Shown: in pieces, positions 55,574 through 64,000 of the stretch
Layout: the number at the start of each line of letters is the position of its first letter
Numbering within the stretch: position 1 is the first letter of the stretch
Translations under genes and position numbers: made by a program
The notes under the pieces: generated by a model
Told to the model about the DNA's origin: nothing
Seen by the model: only the letters and a program-made list of their open reading frames with translations
The model's database searches: none
Assembly (NCBI GenBank): GCA_002070475.1
Contig: MWDI01000023.1
Span: forward strand, 27,567 to 91,566
Direction of reading: 5' to 3'
Origin: Firmicutes bacterium ADurb.Bin146
GTDB taxonomy: Bacteria > Bacillota > Clostridia > DUPQ01
Length of the DNA stretch: 64,000 nt

Positions 55574-57906
55574 GAGCATTACACGTAGCCTACGGCAACA
55601 GCTGTCAGGCAAAGTTCTGGAGCAACAAGACGACCACATGGGAGGAACTCTGTGCAAGGCTTGCGACCACTATCCGCACGACCGAAACCGCAGAGGAATA
55701 TCCCAAAATGAAAAAAGCCGACAAGGAAGCGGCAAAGGACAAGGGCGGATTTGTCGGAGGTCAGCTTAAAAACAACAGAAGAAAAATAGAAAGCGTGGCA
55801 TGCCGTTCCATTCTCACAATGGATGTTGACCACGCAGAAGTCGGCTTTATCGAAAACTTCAGAGAAAACTGCAGATATGCCGCGGCTTTTTATACCACGC
55901 ACGGTCATACCCCGGAAGCACCGAGAGTGCGTATCCTTCTTCCCTTTACAAAGGATATTTCCGCCGATGCCTATGTTGCCCTTGCCAGGTTCTTTGCCGA
56001 TGAATGGGGCATCGACCAGTTTGACGAGTGCAGCTATAAGCCGAATCAGCTGATGTACTGGCCTACGACACCGTCCAATGGGGAGTTTATCTCCGAGGTC
56101 ATCGAAGGTGAGTGGCTTGACCCGGATGAATACCTTGATGCTCATCCGAACTGGAAAGACTGTTCCCTGCTTCCGACATCTTCACGTGAAAGCACAGTAA
56201 GGGAAAACACGAAAAAGCCGCAGGAAGATCCTCTCACGAAACCCGGAATCGTGGGAGCGTTTTGCCGTACCTATGGCATTACGGCAGCAATCGAGACTTT
56301 CCTTGATGGCATTTATGCTCCGTCAGCTGTGGAAGGCAGATATGACTATATTCCGGGCGAGGGATGTGCCGGTGTTGTTATTTACGACGATAAGTTTTCC
56401 TACAGCCATCATGCGACAGACCCCGCCTGCGGAATGCTCCTTAATGCCTTTGACCTTGTGAGAGTTCATAAGTTCGGCGATGAGGACGGCAGTAAGTCAT
56501 TTAAGGAAATGGCAGACTTTGCTTCCAGGGATGAGAACGTAAAGCTTCTGATCCTTGATGAAAGACAGAAGGAAGCCGGAGCGGAGTTTACGGATATTTC
56601 CGCTGACAGCAACGAATGGAAAAAGAAGCTCCGCTATACACCGAGAACGCAGGCGCTTGAAAACAGCCTTTACAACATCAACCTCATTTTAAGAAACGAT
56701 GAAAACCTCAAAGGCATCGTATTCAATCAGCTGGCTGACGGCATGGAGATAAAGGACAAAGTTCCCTGGAAGCATCCGGCAAGGTTCTGGAGAGATGCCG
56801 ATGATGCGCAGCTCATCTGCTATATCGATGAAAACTACGGCACATTCTCCGCAAGAAACTACGACATCGGCGTTACCAAGGTCGTCGATGACCGCTCCTA
56901 TCATCCGATAAAGGAATACTTCGCAGGTCTTCCGGAATGGGACGGGGTGGAAAGAGTCGAGAGCCTTCTTATCGATTACTTCGGTGCCGATGACAACAAA
57001 TACGTCCGCACCGTTACAAGAAAGGTTCTTTGTGCCGCCATCAAGCGTGTCTTTGTTCCGGGGATCAAGTTTGACTACATCCTTGTTATGAACGGTCCGC
57101 AGGGCATCGGCAAATCGACCTTTATTTCGAAGCTTGGCGGAGAGTGGTATTCCGATTCTCTGAACCTTTCCGATATGAACGATAAGACGGCTGCGGAAAA
57201 ACTGCAGGGTTACTGGATCATGGAGATCGGCGAACTTGCGGGAATGAAAAAAGCCGACATCGATAAGGTGAAAGCTTTCATCTCCCGCCAGGACGATAAG
57301 TATCGTGCTTCTTTCGGCAGAAGGGTCACACCGCATCCGAGACAGTGCATCTTCTTTGGAACGACAAACAGCGAAAACGGATACCTTCGTGACGTTACCG
57401 GAAACCGCCGATTCTGGACAGTGAAGACTCCGGGAACGGGAAAGAAAAAGCCGTGGGAGATCACGCAGGAGGAAGTCGATCAGATATGGGCGGAGGCTCT
57501 TACCTATGTTTCCAAAGGCGAAAAACTGTATCTTCCGGCAGAACTTGAAAGCTATGCAAAAGAGGAGCAGTCGAATGCTATGGAAATGGATGACCGTGAA
57601 GGTCTTGTTATCCGTTACCTTGATATGCTTCTGCCGGAAAACTGGGACAGCATGGATGTCTTCCAAAGAAGGGATTATGTCCAGGACCCGAACGGACCGC
57701 TTAACGTCAAAGGCACGGTGAAGCGTGAAGCCGTATCCAATATCGAGATATGGTGCGAATGCTTCGGCAAAGCCAAAGAGGATATCAAGCCATCCGACTC
57801 TTACGCCATTGCGGCGATCATGACAAGACTCGGAAGCTGGGAGAAATGCGGAACGGCAAGAAAGCTTTCCATCTATGGTAAGCAGAGGGTCTATGTCCGC
57901 AAATAA
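55570..57906 (+). CDS. Phage replication protein: primase-polymerase-like N-domain + VirE-family P-loop NTPase
   Basis: N-terminal MDVDH and THGHTP motifs (AEP-like). C-terminal Walker A NGPQGIGKST and VirE-like GNRRFW. 778 aa. Confidence 0.75.
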   Translation: MRALHVAYGNSCQAKFWSNKTTTWEELCARLATTIRTTETAEEYPKMKKADKEAAKDKGGFVGGQLKNNRRKIESVACRSILTMDVDHAEVGFIENFRENCRYAAAFYTTHGHTPEAPRVRILLPFTKDISADAYVALARFFADEWGIDQFDECSYKPNQLMYWPTTPSNGEFISEVIEGEWLDPDEYLDAHPNWKDCSLLPTSSRESTVRENTKKPQEDPLTKPGIVGAFCRTYGITAAIETFLDGIYAPSAVEGRYDYIPGEGCAGVVIYDDKFSYSHHATDPACGMLLNAFDLVRVHKFGDEDGSKSFKEMADFASRDENVKLLILDERQKEAGAEFTDISADSNEWKKKLRYTPRTQALENSLYNINLILRNDENLKGIVFNQLADGMEIKDKVPWKHPARFWRDADDAQLICYIDENYGTFSARNYDIGVTKVVDDRSYHPIKEYFAGLPEWDGVERVESLLIDYFGADDNKYVRTVTRKVLCAAIKRVFVPGIKFDYILVMNGPQGIGKSTFISKLGGEWYSDSLNLSDMNDKTAAEKLQGYWIMEIGELAGMKKADIDKVKAFISRQDDKYRASFGRRVTPHPRQCIFFGTTNSENGYLRDVTGNRRFWTVKTPGTGKKKPWEITQEEVDQIWAEALTYVSKGEKLYLPAELESYAKEEQSNAMEMDDREGLVIRYLDMLLPENWDSMDVFQRRDYVQDPNGPLNVKGTVKREAVSNIEIWCECFGKAKEDIKPSDSYAIAAIMTRLGSWEKCGTARKLSIYGKQRVYVRK

Positions 57907-58116
57907 GGGAACAACCTATGGAACAACTGTGGGAACAAGAATGGAGGTTGTTCCACTTGTTCCCGCCATATTCCTTGAAAACAATGGCTTTTTTGAGCAA
58001 ATGGGAACAAGTCCACAACTTTTTCTTAATAGCACAAAAACATGAGTTATTAAAGAAAAGAGATAGTAAATAACGCATATTTCGCGCGTAAAGGAATTTT
58101 GTGTTCACTTGTTCCC
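57907..58116. repeat. Iteron-like cluster: seven GGGAACAA / TTGTTCCC copies (candidate phage origin)
   Basis: GGGAACAA 57907-14, GGAACAA 57920-26, GGGAACAA 57931-38, TTGTTCC 57948-54, TTGTTCCC 57957-64, GGGAACAA 58003-10, TTGTTCCC 58109-16. The cluster begins immediately after the replication gene stop. Confidence 0.7.
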
Positions 58117-58133
58117 GGAAACGGAGGAAACAG

Positions 58134-58334
58134 ATGATTAAAGAAATAATCGGTGACGATTTCATGGACTGCCAGAAGGTCAAGAAGATCTGTATGAGCC
58201 GTGGAATCTCACAGAAGGAAATAAGAAAACACAAACTTATGGAAGGTATCGGAACGCTGACTGTAACGAATGAAGATGGAGAGCAGATGTGGCTGTGGTT
58301 TAATCCTTCCGAAATATGGGAGAAGTACAAATGA
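58134..58334 (+). CDS. Small phage hypothetical protein
   Basis: 66 aa from ATG 58134 after GGAGG. ATGA overlap with the next gene. Confidence 0.45.
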   Translation: MIKEIIGDDFMDCQKVKKICMSRGISQKEIRKHKLMEGIGTLTVTNEDGEQMWLWFNPSEIWEKYK

Positions 58335-58612
58335 ATGAGAAGTATATCGAAAGAAAGCTTGTCGAGGCAGTAAAGAAGATGGGAGGTCTTGCACCCAAGT
58401 TTGTAAGTCCCGGTCTTGATGGAGTGCCTGACCGCATCATTCTTTTACCCGGCGGACATATTGCTTTTGCGGAAACAAAAGCTCCGGGCAAAAAGATGCG
58501 TCCGCTTCAGATAAGACGAAAACAGCAGATGGAAGGTCTCGGCTTTAAGGTCTACTGCATCGATAGCACTGAAATGATCGGAGGTGTTCTTGATGAAATA
58601 CGAAGCTCATGA
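58331..58612 (+). CDS. VRR-NUC domain nuclease
   Basis: GVPDRIILLPGGHIAFAETKAPG carries the D...E.K motif. About 93 aa. Confidence 0.75.
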   Translation: MNEKYIERKLVEAVKKMGGLAPKFVSPGLDGVPDRIILLPGGHIAFAETKAPGKKMRPLQIRRKQQMEGLGFKVYCIDSTEMIGGVLDEIRSS

Positions 58613-59936
58613 TTATCAGACATATGCCACCAACTTTATTCTTACTCACCCGGAGGCTGCCGTGTTTTTAGATCTCGGTTTGGGAAAATCAGTAATAAGC
58701 TTGACCGCCATATTTGACCTCTGTCTTGATAGCTTCCTTATCAGAAAAGTGCTTGTAATCGCACCGCTGAGAGTAGCGACGGATACCTGGCCTTCGGAAA
58801 TAAAGAAGTGGGATCACCTTAAAGGACTTACTTATTCCGTCGCAGTCGGAAACGAGAAGGAACGCATCGAAGCTTTGTCAAAAAGAGCATCCGTCTACAT
58901 CATCAACAGAGAAAACGTGGACTGGCTTATTAATAAAAGCGGACTTCCTTTTGATTTCGACATGCTGGTCATCGATGAATTGTCAAGTTTTAAGTCCCAC
59001 CAGGCAAAAAGGTTCAAAAGCCTGCTGTCCGTCAGACCTTATGTAAAAAGGGTTGTCGGTTTGACCGGGACGCCTTCGTCAAACGGGTTACTCGACCTGT
59101 GGGCGGAGTTCAGAATCCTTGATAAGGGTGAAAGACTCGGAAGGTACATCACAAGATACCGTCAAAGCTATTTCATGCCGGATAAACGGAACGCGCAGAT
59201 GGTGTTCAGCTATAAGCCTGTTCCGGGTGCCGAGGAAGCAATTTATAAAAGGATCTCGGACATCACCATTTCCATGCGGTCGGAGGATTATCTGACTCTG
59301 CCGGAGCGCATCATGAATGAAGTTCCCGTATGCATGGACGAGAAGGAAGAAAAAATCTATGACACGTTTAAGGATGAGATGGTTGCAAGCATTAAAGGAA
59401 AGACCATCGATGCCGTAAATGCTGCGGTGCTTTCCGGGAAACTTCTGCAGATGGCAAACGGATGCATTTATAGCGAAAACAAAGAAACTATCCGTATTCA
59501 TGACAGAAAGCTTGATGCTTTGGAAGACCTTATTGAAGCCGCCAACGGAAAACCGGTTCTCATTTCCTACTGGTTCAAACATGATGCCGAAAGGATAAAG
59601 GAACGCTTCGATGTAAGAGAACTGAAATCCTCTGCCGATATCAGCGACTGGAATGCGGGAAAGATTCCTGTAGCCATAGCAAATCCGGCTTCACTCGGAA
59701 TGGGTGTGAACTTGCAGGCGGGAGGCTCAACGCTTATATGGTTCGGTCTTACCTGGAGCCTTGAACTTTACCAGCAGATGAATGCAAGACTTCACCGCCA
59801 GGGACAGAAAGACACGGTCATCATCCATCACATTATCTGCAAAGGTACGATTGATGAAAATGTCATGGCGGCACTTAAGAAAAAGGAAAAGACCCAGGAT
59901 GCATTGATCGATGCGGTCAAGGCAAATCTGAAGTGA
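58593..59936 (+). CDS. SNF2-family (DEAD/DEAH-box) helicase
   Basis: DYQ, GLGKS, DELSSFK and TGTPSSN motifs, plus a C-terminal helicase domain (RLHRQGQ). Confidence 0.85.
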   Translation: MKYEAHDYQTYATNFILTHPEAAVFLDLGLGKSVISLTAIFDLCLDSFLIRKVLVIAPLRVATDTWPSEIKKWDHLKGLTYSVAVGNEKERIEALSKRASVYIINRENVDWLINKSGLPFDFDMLVIDELSSFKSHQAKRFKSLLSVRPYVKRVVGLTGTPSSNGLLDLWAEFRILDKGERLGRYITRYRQSYFMPDKRNAQMVFSYKPVPGAEEAIYKRISDITISMRSEDYLTLPERIMNEVPVCMDEKEEKIYDTFKDEMVASIKGKTIDAVNAAVLSGKLLQMANGCIYSENKETIRIHDRKLDALEDLIEAANGKPVLISYWFKHDAERIKERFDVRELKSSADISDWNAGKIPVAIANPASLGMGVNLQAGGSTLIWFGLTWSLELYQQMNARLHRQGQKDTVIIHHIICKGTIDENVMAALKKKEKTQDALIDAVKANLK

Positions 59937-60196
59937 ATGATCCTTATGAGAACCTTGCTAATGCCATTATCCTTCAGGCCGTAAAGGACTGGCGTGAGGC
60001 AAAGAGAAAACTACGACGTAAACCGAGAAATGAAAATGCAAAGCTTATGGTAGAAGACTGTGAGGCATTTTTCCTTTCCGACTGGTTCAGAACACTTACC
60101 AATGTTGACGGTGGGGTTCTGCTTAAAAAACTGCAGGAGGAATTTGAAAATGACAGCAAGAGAATATCTTCACCAGGCTTACCGCCTCGATCATAG
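59933..60196 (+). CDS. Phage hypothetical protein
   Basis: 87 aa, GTGA overlap with the SNF2 stop. No recognised motif. Confidence 0.4.
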   Translation: MNDPYENLANAIILQAVKDWREAKRKLRRKPRNENAKLMVEDCEAFFLSDWFRTLTNVDGGVLLKKLQEEFENDSKRISSPGLPPRS

Positions 60197-60575
60197 AATC
60201 AATTCGGACATTGAAGAACTGCACAGGCTTCGTGAAATGTCCACCAGCATTTCCTCTCCGTCTTTTGGAGAGAGGGTGCAGACTTCCAGAAAAACAGAAG
60301 CACCTTTTGTCCAGACCCTTTATAAGATTCAGGAGCTGGAACAAAAGATCAGTGCGGAGATTGAATTGTTTGTGGCGCTGAAAGAGGAAATCCGTACCGT
60401 TATCGATACGGTAGAAAATACCGATGAGCAGATGGTTCTTCGCTACCGTTACATCCATAACATGACATGGGAGGAAATCGGAGACGAGCTTCACGTGGAT
60501 GAAAGGACTGCAAGGCGCTGGCACGGCATTGGGCTGCAGCATGTGTCCTTGCCGAAAAACCCAATCAAAATATAA
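60150..60575 (+). CDS. DUF1492/sigma-like phage late transcriptional regulator (RinA/ArpU-type candidate)
   Basis: MTAREYLHQAYRLDHRINSDIEEL... and C-terminal RYRYIHNMTWEEIGDELHVDERTARRWH (region-4-like HTH). ATG 60150 after GGAGGAA. Confidence 0.6.
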   Translation: MTAREYLHQAYRLDHRINSDIEELHRLREMSTSISSPSFGERVQTSRKTEAPFVQTLYKIQELEQKISAEIELFVALKEEIRTVIDTVENTDEQMVLRYRYIHNMTWEEIGDELHVDERTARRWHGIGLQHVSLPKNPIKI

Positions 60576-60650
60576 ATGTGCCGGTTTTGTCCGCCCATGT
60601 CCGGGTGCTATATGTGATATAGTATAATCAGCGAAAAGCAAAACCAAACG

Positions 60651-60686
60651 AGCCTTCACGGGAGCAAATCCTGCGGAGGCTTTTTT
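60651..60686 (+). terminator. Hairpin + U-tract in the leader of the HNH/terminase operon
   Basis: AGCCUUCACGGGA-GCAAA-UCCUGCGGAGGCU followed by UUUUU. It lies about 20 nt upstream of the HNH ATG. Confidence 0.6.
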
Positions 60687-60706
60687 CATGCGGAAAGGAG
60701 GAAGAG

Positions 60707-61069
60707 ATGCCAAGGAAACCAAAGCATCCCTGCGCCTATCCCGGATGCCCCAACCTAACAGACGAACAGTACTGTGAGAAACATAAAGCCGAAGTTCAAA
60801 GGGACTATGACAGATACACAAGAGCACCGGATGTTCACAAAAAATATGGTCGCGCTTGGAAGAGGATCAGAGATTCCTATGCCAAGGCTCACCCCTTGTG
60901 TGAGAGGTGCCTTGAGGAAGGCCGCATCACACCGATGGACGAGGTGCATCACATCGTTCCCATCAGTCAAGGCGGAACACATGCAAGGAGCAACCTCAGA
61001 AGCCTTTGCAAGTCGTGCCATCAGCGCACCCACATCGAGCTTGGTGACAGGCACATGGACGGTCAGTGA
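60707..61069 (+). CDS. Phage HNH endonuclease
   Basis: CERC...HHIVPISQGGTHARSNLRSLCKSCHQRTH. Confidence 0.9.
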   Translation: MPRKPKHPCAYPGCPNLTDEQYCEKHKAEVQRDYDRYTRAPDVHKKYGRAWKRIRDSYAKAHPLCERCLEEGRITPMDEVHHIVPISQGGTHARSNLRSLCKSCHQRTHIELGDRHMDGQ

Positions 61070-61223
61070 TGGCGACGGCTCTTGTGACAGTACCCCGGGG
61101 GCGGTCTCAATCTCTGCAAGGGAAGCTCACGAAGACCGGCGCGGGGTTTCGTGTTAAAAAACGGCGAAATCATAAGGGTAATAAGGGACCCGGGACAAAA
61201 CTTAAAGGAAAGGCGGTGGGAAA

Positions 61224-61772
61224 ATGCCGACAAAATCGAATAATACCGGCGGTCAGGGCGGCAGAAGACCCGGTGCCGGACGAAAGCCGAAAGGCGTAGC
61301 TGAAAAAGCAGCAAACGGAAATCCGGGCGGAAGAAAACTGACCGTTTTGGATATCCCGGATATGGAAGGAACGGAGATGCCAAAGCCTGATGCGATCCTC
61401 TCTGCCACACAGAAGGACGGAACAACGCTTAAGGCTGCGGAAATATATGAAGCGGTGTGGCACTGGCTTGAGAGTTTAAAAGCCACGGCGTATGTCTCTC
61501 CCCAGGTGGTTGAGCAGTATGCCATGTGCAGAGCCAGGTGGCTACAGTGCGAACAGATGACGAATGAACTCGGATTTCTTTCGCGTCATCCCACAACAAA
61601 TAAGCCGATAACTTCACCGTTCATCAATATCGGAATCAATTATATGAACCAGGCGACCCGTCAGTGGGATGCCATCATGCAGACCATCAAGGAGAACTGT
61701 TCCGTGGATTTCACAGGAGCAAACCCTAATGATGATCTGGAAAAAATACTTCATCAGAGAAAAGGAGTTTGA
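61224..61772 (+). CDS. Phage terminase small subunit, P27 family
   Basis: N-terminal GGRRPGAGRKPK basic region and overall P27-family pattern. Follows the HNH gene. Confidence 0.8.
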   Translation: MPTKSNNTGGQGGRRPGAGRKPKGVAEKAANGNPGGRKLTVLDIPDMEGTEMPKPDAILSATQKDGTTLKAAEIYEAVWHWLESLKATAYVSPQVVEQYAMCRARWLQCEQMTNELGFLSRHPTTNKPITSPFINIGINYMNQATRQWDAIMQTIKENCSVDFTGANPNDDLEKILHQRKGV

Positions 61773-61774
61773 TT

Positions 61775-62557
61775 ATGTACGAAAAAGTAAACCCGTGCCA
61801 TCCGGATAAGCTTGCCGACAGAATTGCCGGTGCGCTTGTGGATATGGCATACAGAAAAAACGAAAACGCAAGGATCGCAGTTGAGGTCCTTATTGGGCAT
61901 GGAAAGTGCCACATCATTGCGGAGACTTCGGCCGCTCTTAATCCAAATGAGGTAGCCGGTGCCGTCAGCCGTATTGCGGGAAATGTAGAAGTGGATTATG
62001 CAGAAGTTTCCCAGGATGTGCATCTTGCAGACAATCAGAAGGATGAGATCCGCTGCGGCGATAACGGCATTTTTAAAGGAATGCCGGTGACAGAAGAACA
62101 AAAGAAGCTCTCGGATATTGCACACGATATTTTCAAAGCCTTCCCTGCAGACGGAAAGTACATCCTTGATAAGGAAAGACTTATCATCTGCCAGAGCAAT
62201 GCGGAAAGAGAAAACCTTTACGATTTGTTCCCGGAAGCTGAAATCAATCCTATCGGGGACTGGACAGGCGGCCCAAATGTCGATACCGGAGCCACGAACC
62301 GAAAGCTCGGTTCTGATATGGCAGACTCCGTTACAGGCGGCGGCCTTCACGGAAAAGACCTCTCGAAAGCTGACGTATCCGTTAATATTTATGCTTTCCT
62401 TAAAGCACAGGAAACCGGAAAGCCGGTAGAATTTTGCTGTGCCATCGGGGATTGCGAAATTGACGGAAAGCCGTACAGTGAGATCGTTCAGATCGCAAAA
62501 GACTATATCAGTTCAGTCGGCGGATTTGAAAAGTTCGCAGAATGGGGGCTTGTATGA
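61775..62557 (+). CDS. Compact S-adenosylmethionine synthetase (MetK)-like protein
   Basis: CHPDKLADRIAGALVD (compare GHPDK.[CA]D.I), CGDNGIFKG (compare GAGDQG), INPIGDWTGGPNVDTGATNRKLG...GGGLHGKDLSKADVS (compare NPTGRF..GGP.GD.GLTGRK...GGGAFSGKD.SKVDRS). About 260 aa, shorter than bacterial MetK. Start ATG 61775 after AAAGGAG. Confidence 0.65.
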   Translation: MYEKVNPCHPDKLADRIAGALVDMAYRKNENARIAVEVLIGHGKCHIIAETSAALNPNEVAGAVSRIAGNVEVDYAEVSQDVHLADNQKDEIRCGDNGIFKGMPVTEEQKKLSDIAHDIFKAFPADGKYILDKERLIICQSNAERENLYDLFPEAEINPIGDWTGGPNVDTGATNRKLGSDMADSVTGGGLHGKDLSKADVSVNIYAFLKAQETGKPVEFCCAIGDCEIDGKPYSEIVQIAKDYISSVGGFEKFAEWGLV

Positions 62558-63825
62558 AAACAACCACAGAGATGCAGCTTGTTTCGATAGACAGGCTTGT
62601 TCCATATCAGAATAATGCAAGAACGCACAGCCCGGAGCAGATCAATAAGCTTCGGGCTTCTTTACGGGAGTTCGGATTTATCAATCCCGTCATCATCGAC
62701 AGAGACTACGGGATCATTGCCGGACACGGCAGAGTTTTAGCGGCCCGTGAAGAAGGCATAGCGGAAGTTCCGTGTGTATATGCCGACCATTTAACTGAAG
62801 CACAGAAAAAGGCATACATCATTGCCGATAACAGAATGGCGCTTGATGCCGGATGGGATGAGGAGCTTTTACGTGTTGAAATCGAAGCACTCCAGGCTGA
62901 AGCCTTTGACCTTGCTCTTACCGGTTTTGACGAGAAGGAACTTTCAAAGCTGTTTGACGGAAACGAAGTAAAAGACGATGGCTTTGATGTCGATGCTGAA
63001 CTGTTAAAGCCGTGCTTCTCCAAAGCCGGAGACATTTGGCATCTTGGAAGGCATACGGTTATCTGCGGTGACACCACAGACCCTGAAACCTACAAGACAC
63101 TTCTTGGCGACACCAAAGTAAACCTGGTCTGCACCGATGCTCCGTATTTTGTCGACCTTGACAGCAAGTCCGGCAAAATCGCAAACGACAACTTAAACGA
63201 TAATGAAGCCTACAAGTTCCTTATGAAGGCGTTCACCAATTTCAGAAATGCAATGGCGAAGGACGCTTCCATTTATGAGTTCTATGCGACCATGAAAGCA
63301 CGTGTCTTCTACGATGCATTTGAGGATGCCGGTTTTAAGGTCGGTGCGGGACTCATCTGGAAGAAACCGAGAGCACCGCTTATGAGAACGGACTGGAAGT
63401 TCAATTCCGAACCTATCATATGGGGCTGGAGAAAAGACGGAAAGCATATCTGGTACGGTGATCAGAAACAGACCAACGTGTTTGAATTTGACAGCATCAA
63501 GGATTCGGAGAAAGAAGGCTGCGGTCATCCGTCTTCAAAACCGGTTCCGCTGATTGCCTACCTTATCAAGCAGTGTACCATGACCAACGGACTGGTGCTT
63601 GACGGCTTCCTTGGCTCAGCGTCAACGCTGATTGCCTGCGAGGAGGCAAACCGCATCTGCTACGGCATTGAGCTTGAAGCAAAATTTGTGGATGTCGCTG
63701 TCGAAAGATACCGCTTCCATAACGGCGGTCATACGGATGATATCTACCTTATCCGTGACGGCAGGAAAATGACCTATGAAGAAGTAAAGGCGGCTATGGA
63801 AACGGAGGAAGACGATGAGCAGTAA
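62554..63825 (+). CDS. ParB-like nuclease domain + N6/N4 DNA methyltransferase fusion
   Basis: ParB-N motif LVPYQNNARTHS...GFINPVIID..IIAGHGR. MTase motifs CTDAPY and LDGFLGSAST. Confidence 0.85.
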   Translation: MKTTTEMQLVSIDRLVPYQNNARTHSPEQINKLRASLREFGFINPVIIDRDYGIIAGHGRVLAAREEGIAEVPCVYADHLTEAQKKAYIIADNRMALDAGWDEELLRVEIEALQAEAFDLALTGFDEKELSKLFDGNEVKDDGFDVDAELLKPCFSKAGDIWHLGRHTVICGDTTDPETYKTLLGDTKVNLVCTDAPYFVDLDSKSGKIANDNLNDNEAYKFLMKAFTNFRNAMAKDASIYEFYATMKARVFYDAFEDAGFKVGAGLIWKKPRAPLMRTDWKFNSEPIIWGWRKDGKHIWYGDQKQTNVFEFDSIKDSEKEGCGHPSSKPVPLIAYLIKQCTMTNGLVLDGFLGSASTLIACEEANRICYGIELEAKFVDVAVERYRFHNGGHTDDIYLIRDGRKMTYEEVKAAMETEEDDEQ

Positions 63826-64000
63826 GCTTACCCTCGGCAGTCTGTTTGACGGTTCGGGAGGCTTTCCGCTCGGAGGTCTTCTTTGCGGCATTGAACCGGT
63901 ATGGGCATCGGAAATCGAGCCGTTTCCCATAAGGGTCACGACAAAAAGGCTGCCTTTTGTAAAACACTACGGGGATGTTTCCAAAATGGACGGCGGAAGC
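63815..64000 (+). CDS. DNA (cytosine-5)-methyltransferase, N-terminal fragment (continues beyond the window)
   Basis: My translation from ATG 63815 reads MSSKLTLGSLFDGSGGFPLGGLLCGIEPVWASEIEPFPIRVT..., containing motif I FDGSGG. Confidence 0.75.
   Translation, partial: MSSKLTLGSLFDGSGGFPLGGLLCGIEPVWASEIEPFPIRVTTKRLPFVKHYGDVSKMDGGS

Larger units (their letters stand above)
42307..64000. mobile_element. Integrated phage-like element (left part): defence island plus replication and packaging modules. The right end and integrase lie beyond the window.
   Basis: Abrupt change of gene content after rlmD. Includes R-M and type IV restriction genes, prim-pol/VirE, VRR-NUC, SNF2, HNH, P27-type small terminase and phage-type MTases. 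Visibly higher G+C from about 54.5 kb onward. The exact left boundary is not defined. Confidence 0.7.

Noticed and set aside
51841-62350. Long antisense ORFs in the phage region (e.g. 51841-52383, 55579-56145, 56689-57666, 60123-60827, 61754-62350, all minus strand)
   Set aside because: Each is fully overlapped by a plus-strand gene with clear family motifs and RBS-linked starts. The higher G+C here lowers stop-codon frequency. The products are Arg/Ser/Cys-rich with no motifs. The ORF at 60123-60827 even spans an intergenic terminator.
42300-64000. Retron, DGR or other reverse-transcriptase-based system, and Cas/Abi-type signature genes in the island
   Set aside because: None of the translated frames contains an RT (YxDD) domain, cas signature or template/variable repeat pair. 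Nothing supports these classes.

Overview
The window has two parts. Positions 1 to about 42.3 kb are AT-rich Firmicutes/Clostridia-type chromosome. Positions about 42.3 to 64 kb are the left part of an integrated phage-like element that sits directly after rlmD.

Core region:
- A nitrogen-assimilation locus: partial type I glutamine synthetase (GS), a five-ORF split archaeal-type glutamate synthase, and a divergent type III GS. Both divergent leaders carry a promoter-proximal terminator.
- A GH3 glycosidase.
- The operon hisZGDCB-purC-hisHAF. It lacks hisIE.
- A TPP riboswitch in front of a ThiT-like transporter.
- Sugar-utilisation genes: PfkB kinase, GH2, GH29.
- An amino-acid ABC transporter.
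- A cell-envelope cluster: LRR lipoprotein, M23 peptidase, bactofilin, PBP1A.
- An odd three-gene cluster: a LeuA-like protein that has lost its metal ligands, a TIM-barrel/adenylating-ligase fusion, and an SDR.
- rlmD.

Mobile region:
- Direct TGACAA(C/T)AG repeats at the junction.
- An apparently single operon of about 10.4 kb. It encodes an RHH protein, a LlaJI-type restriction-modification (R-M) system (two C5 methyltransferases (MTases), a McrB-like GTPase and a LlaJI/McrC-like nuclease), a GmrSD-type type IV enzyme with a long C-terminal extension, and a 628-aa ImmA/IrrE-peptidase-HTH protein.
- A lower-G+C two-gene cassette bracketed by near-identical outward-facing hairpins.
- The phage replication module: prim-pol/VirE, iteron cluster, VRR-NUC, SNF2.
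- The late/packaging module: DUF1492-like regulator, HNH, small terminase.
- A compact MetK-like gene followed by two DNA MTases.

I saw no rRNA, tRNA or CRISPR array.

The best candidates for undescribed biology are the ImmA-HTH giant and the adjacent hairpin-bracketed cassette in the defence island, the pseudo-LeuA/ligase cluster, and the twin N-regulon leader terminators.

All calls rest on motif reading of the supplied translations and on manual inspection. G+C differences are judged by eye. Element ends and RNA-element boundaries are approximate.
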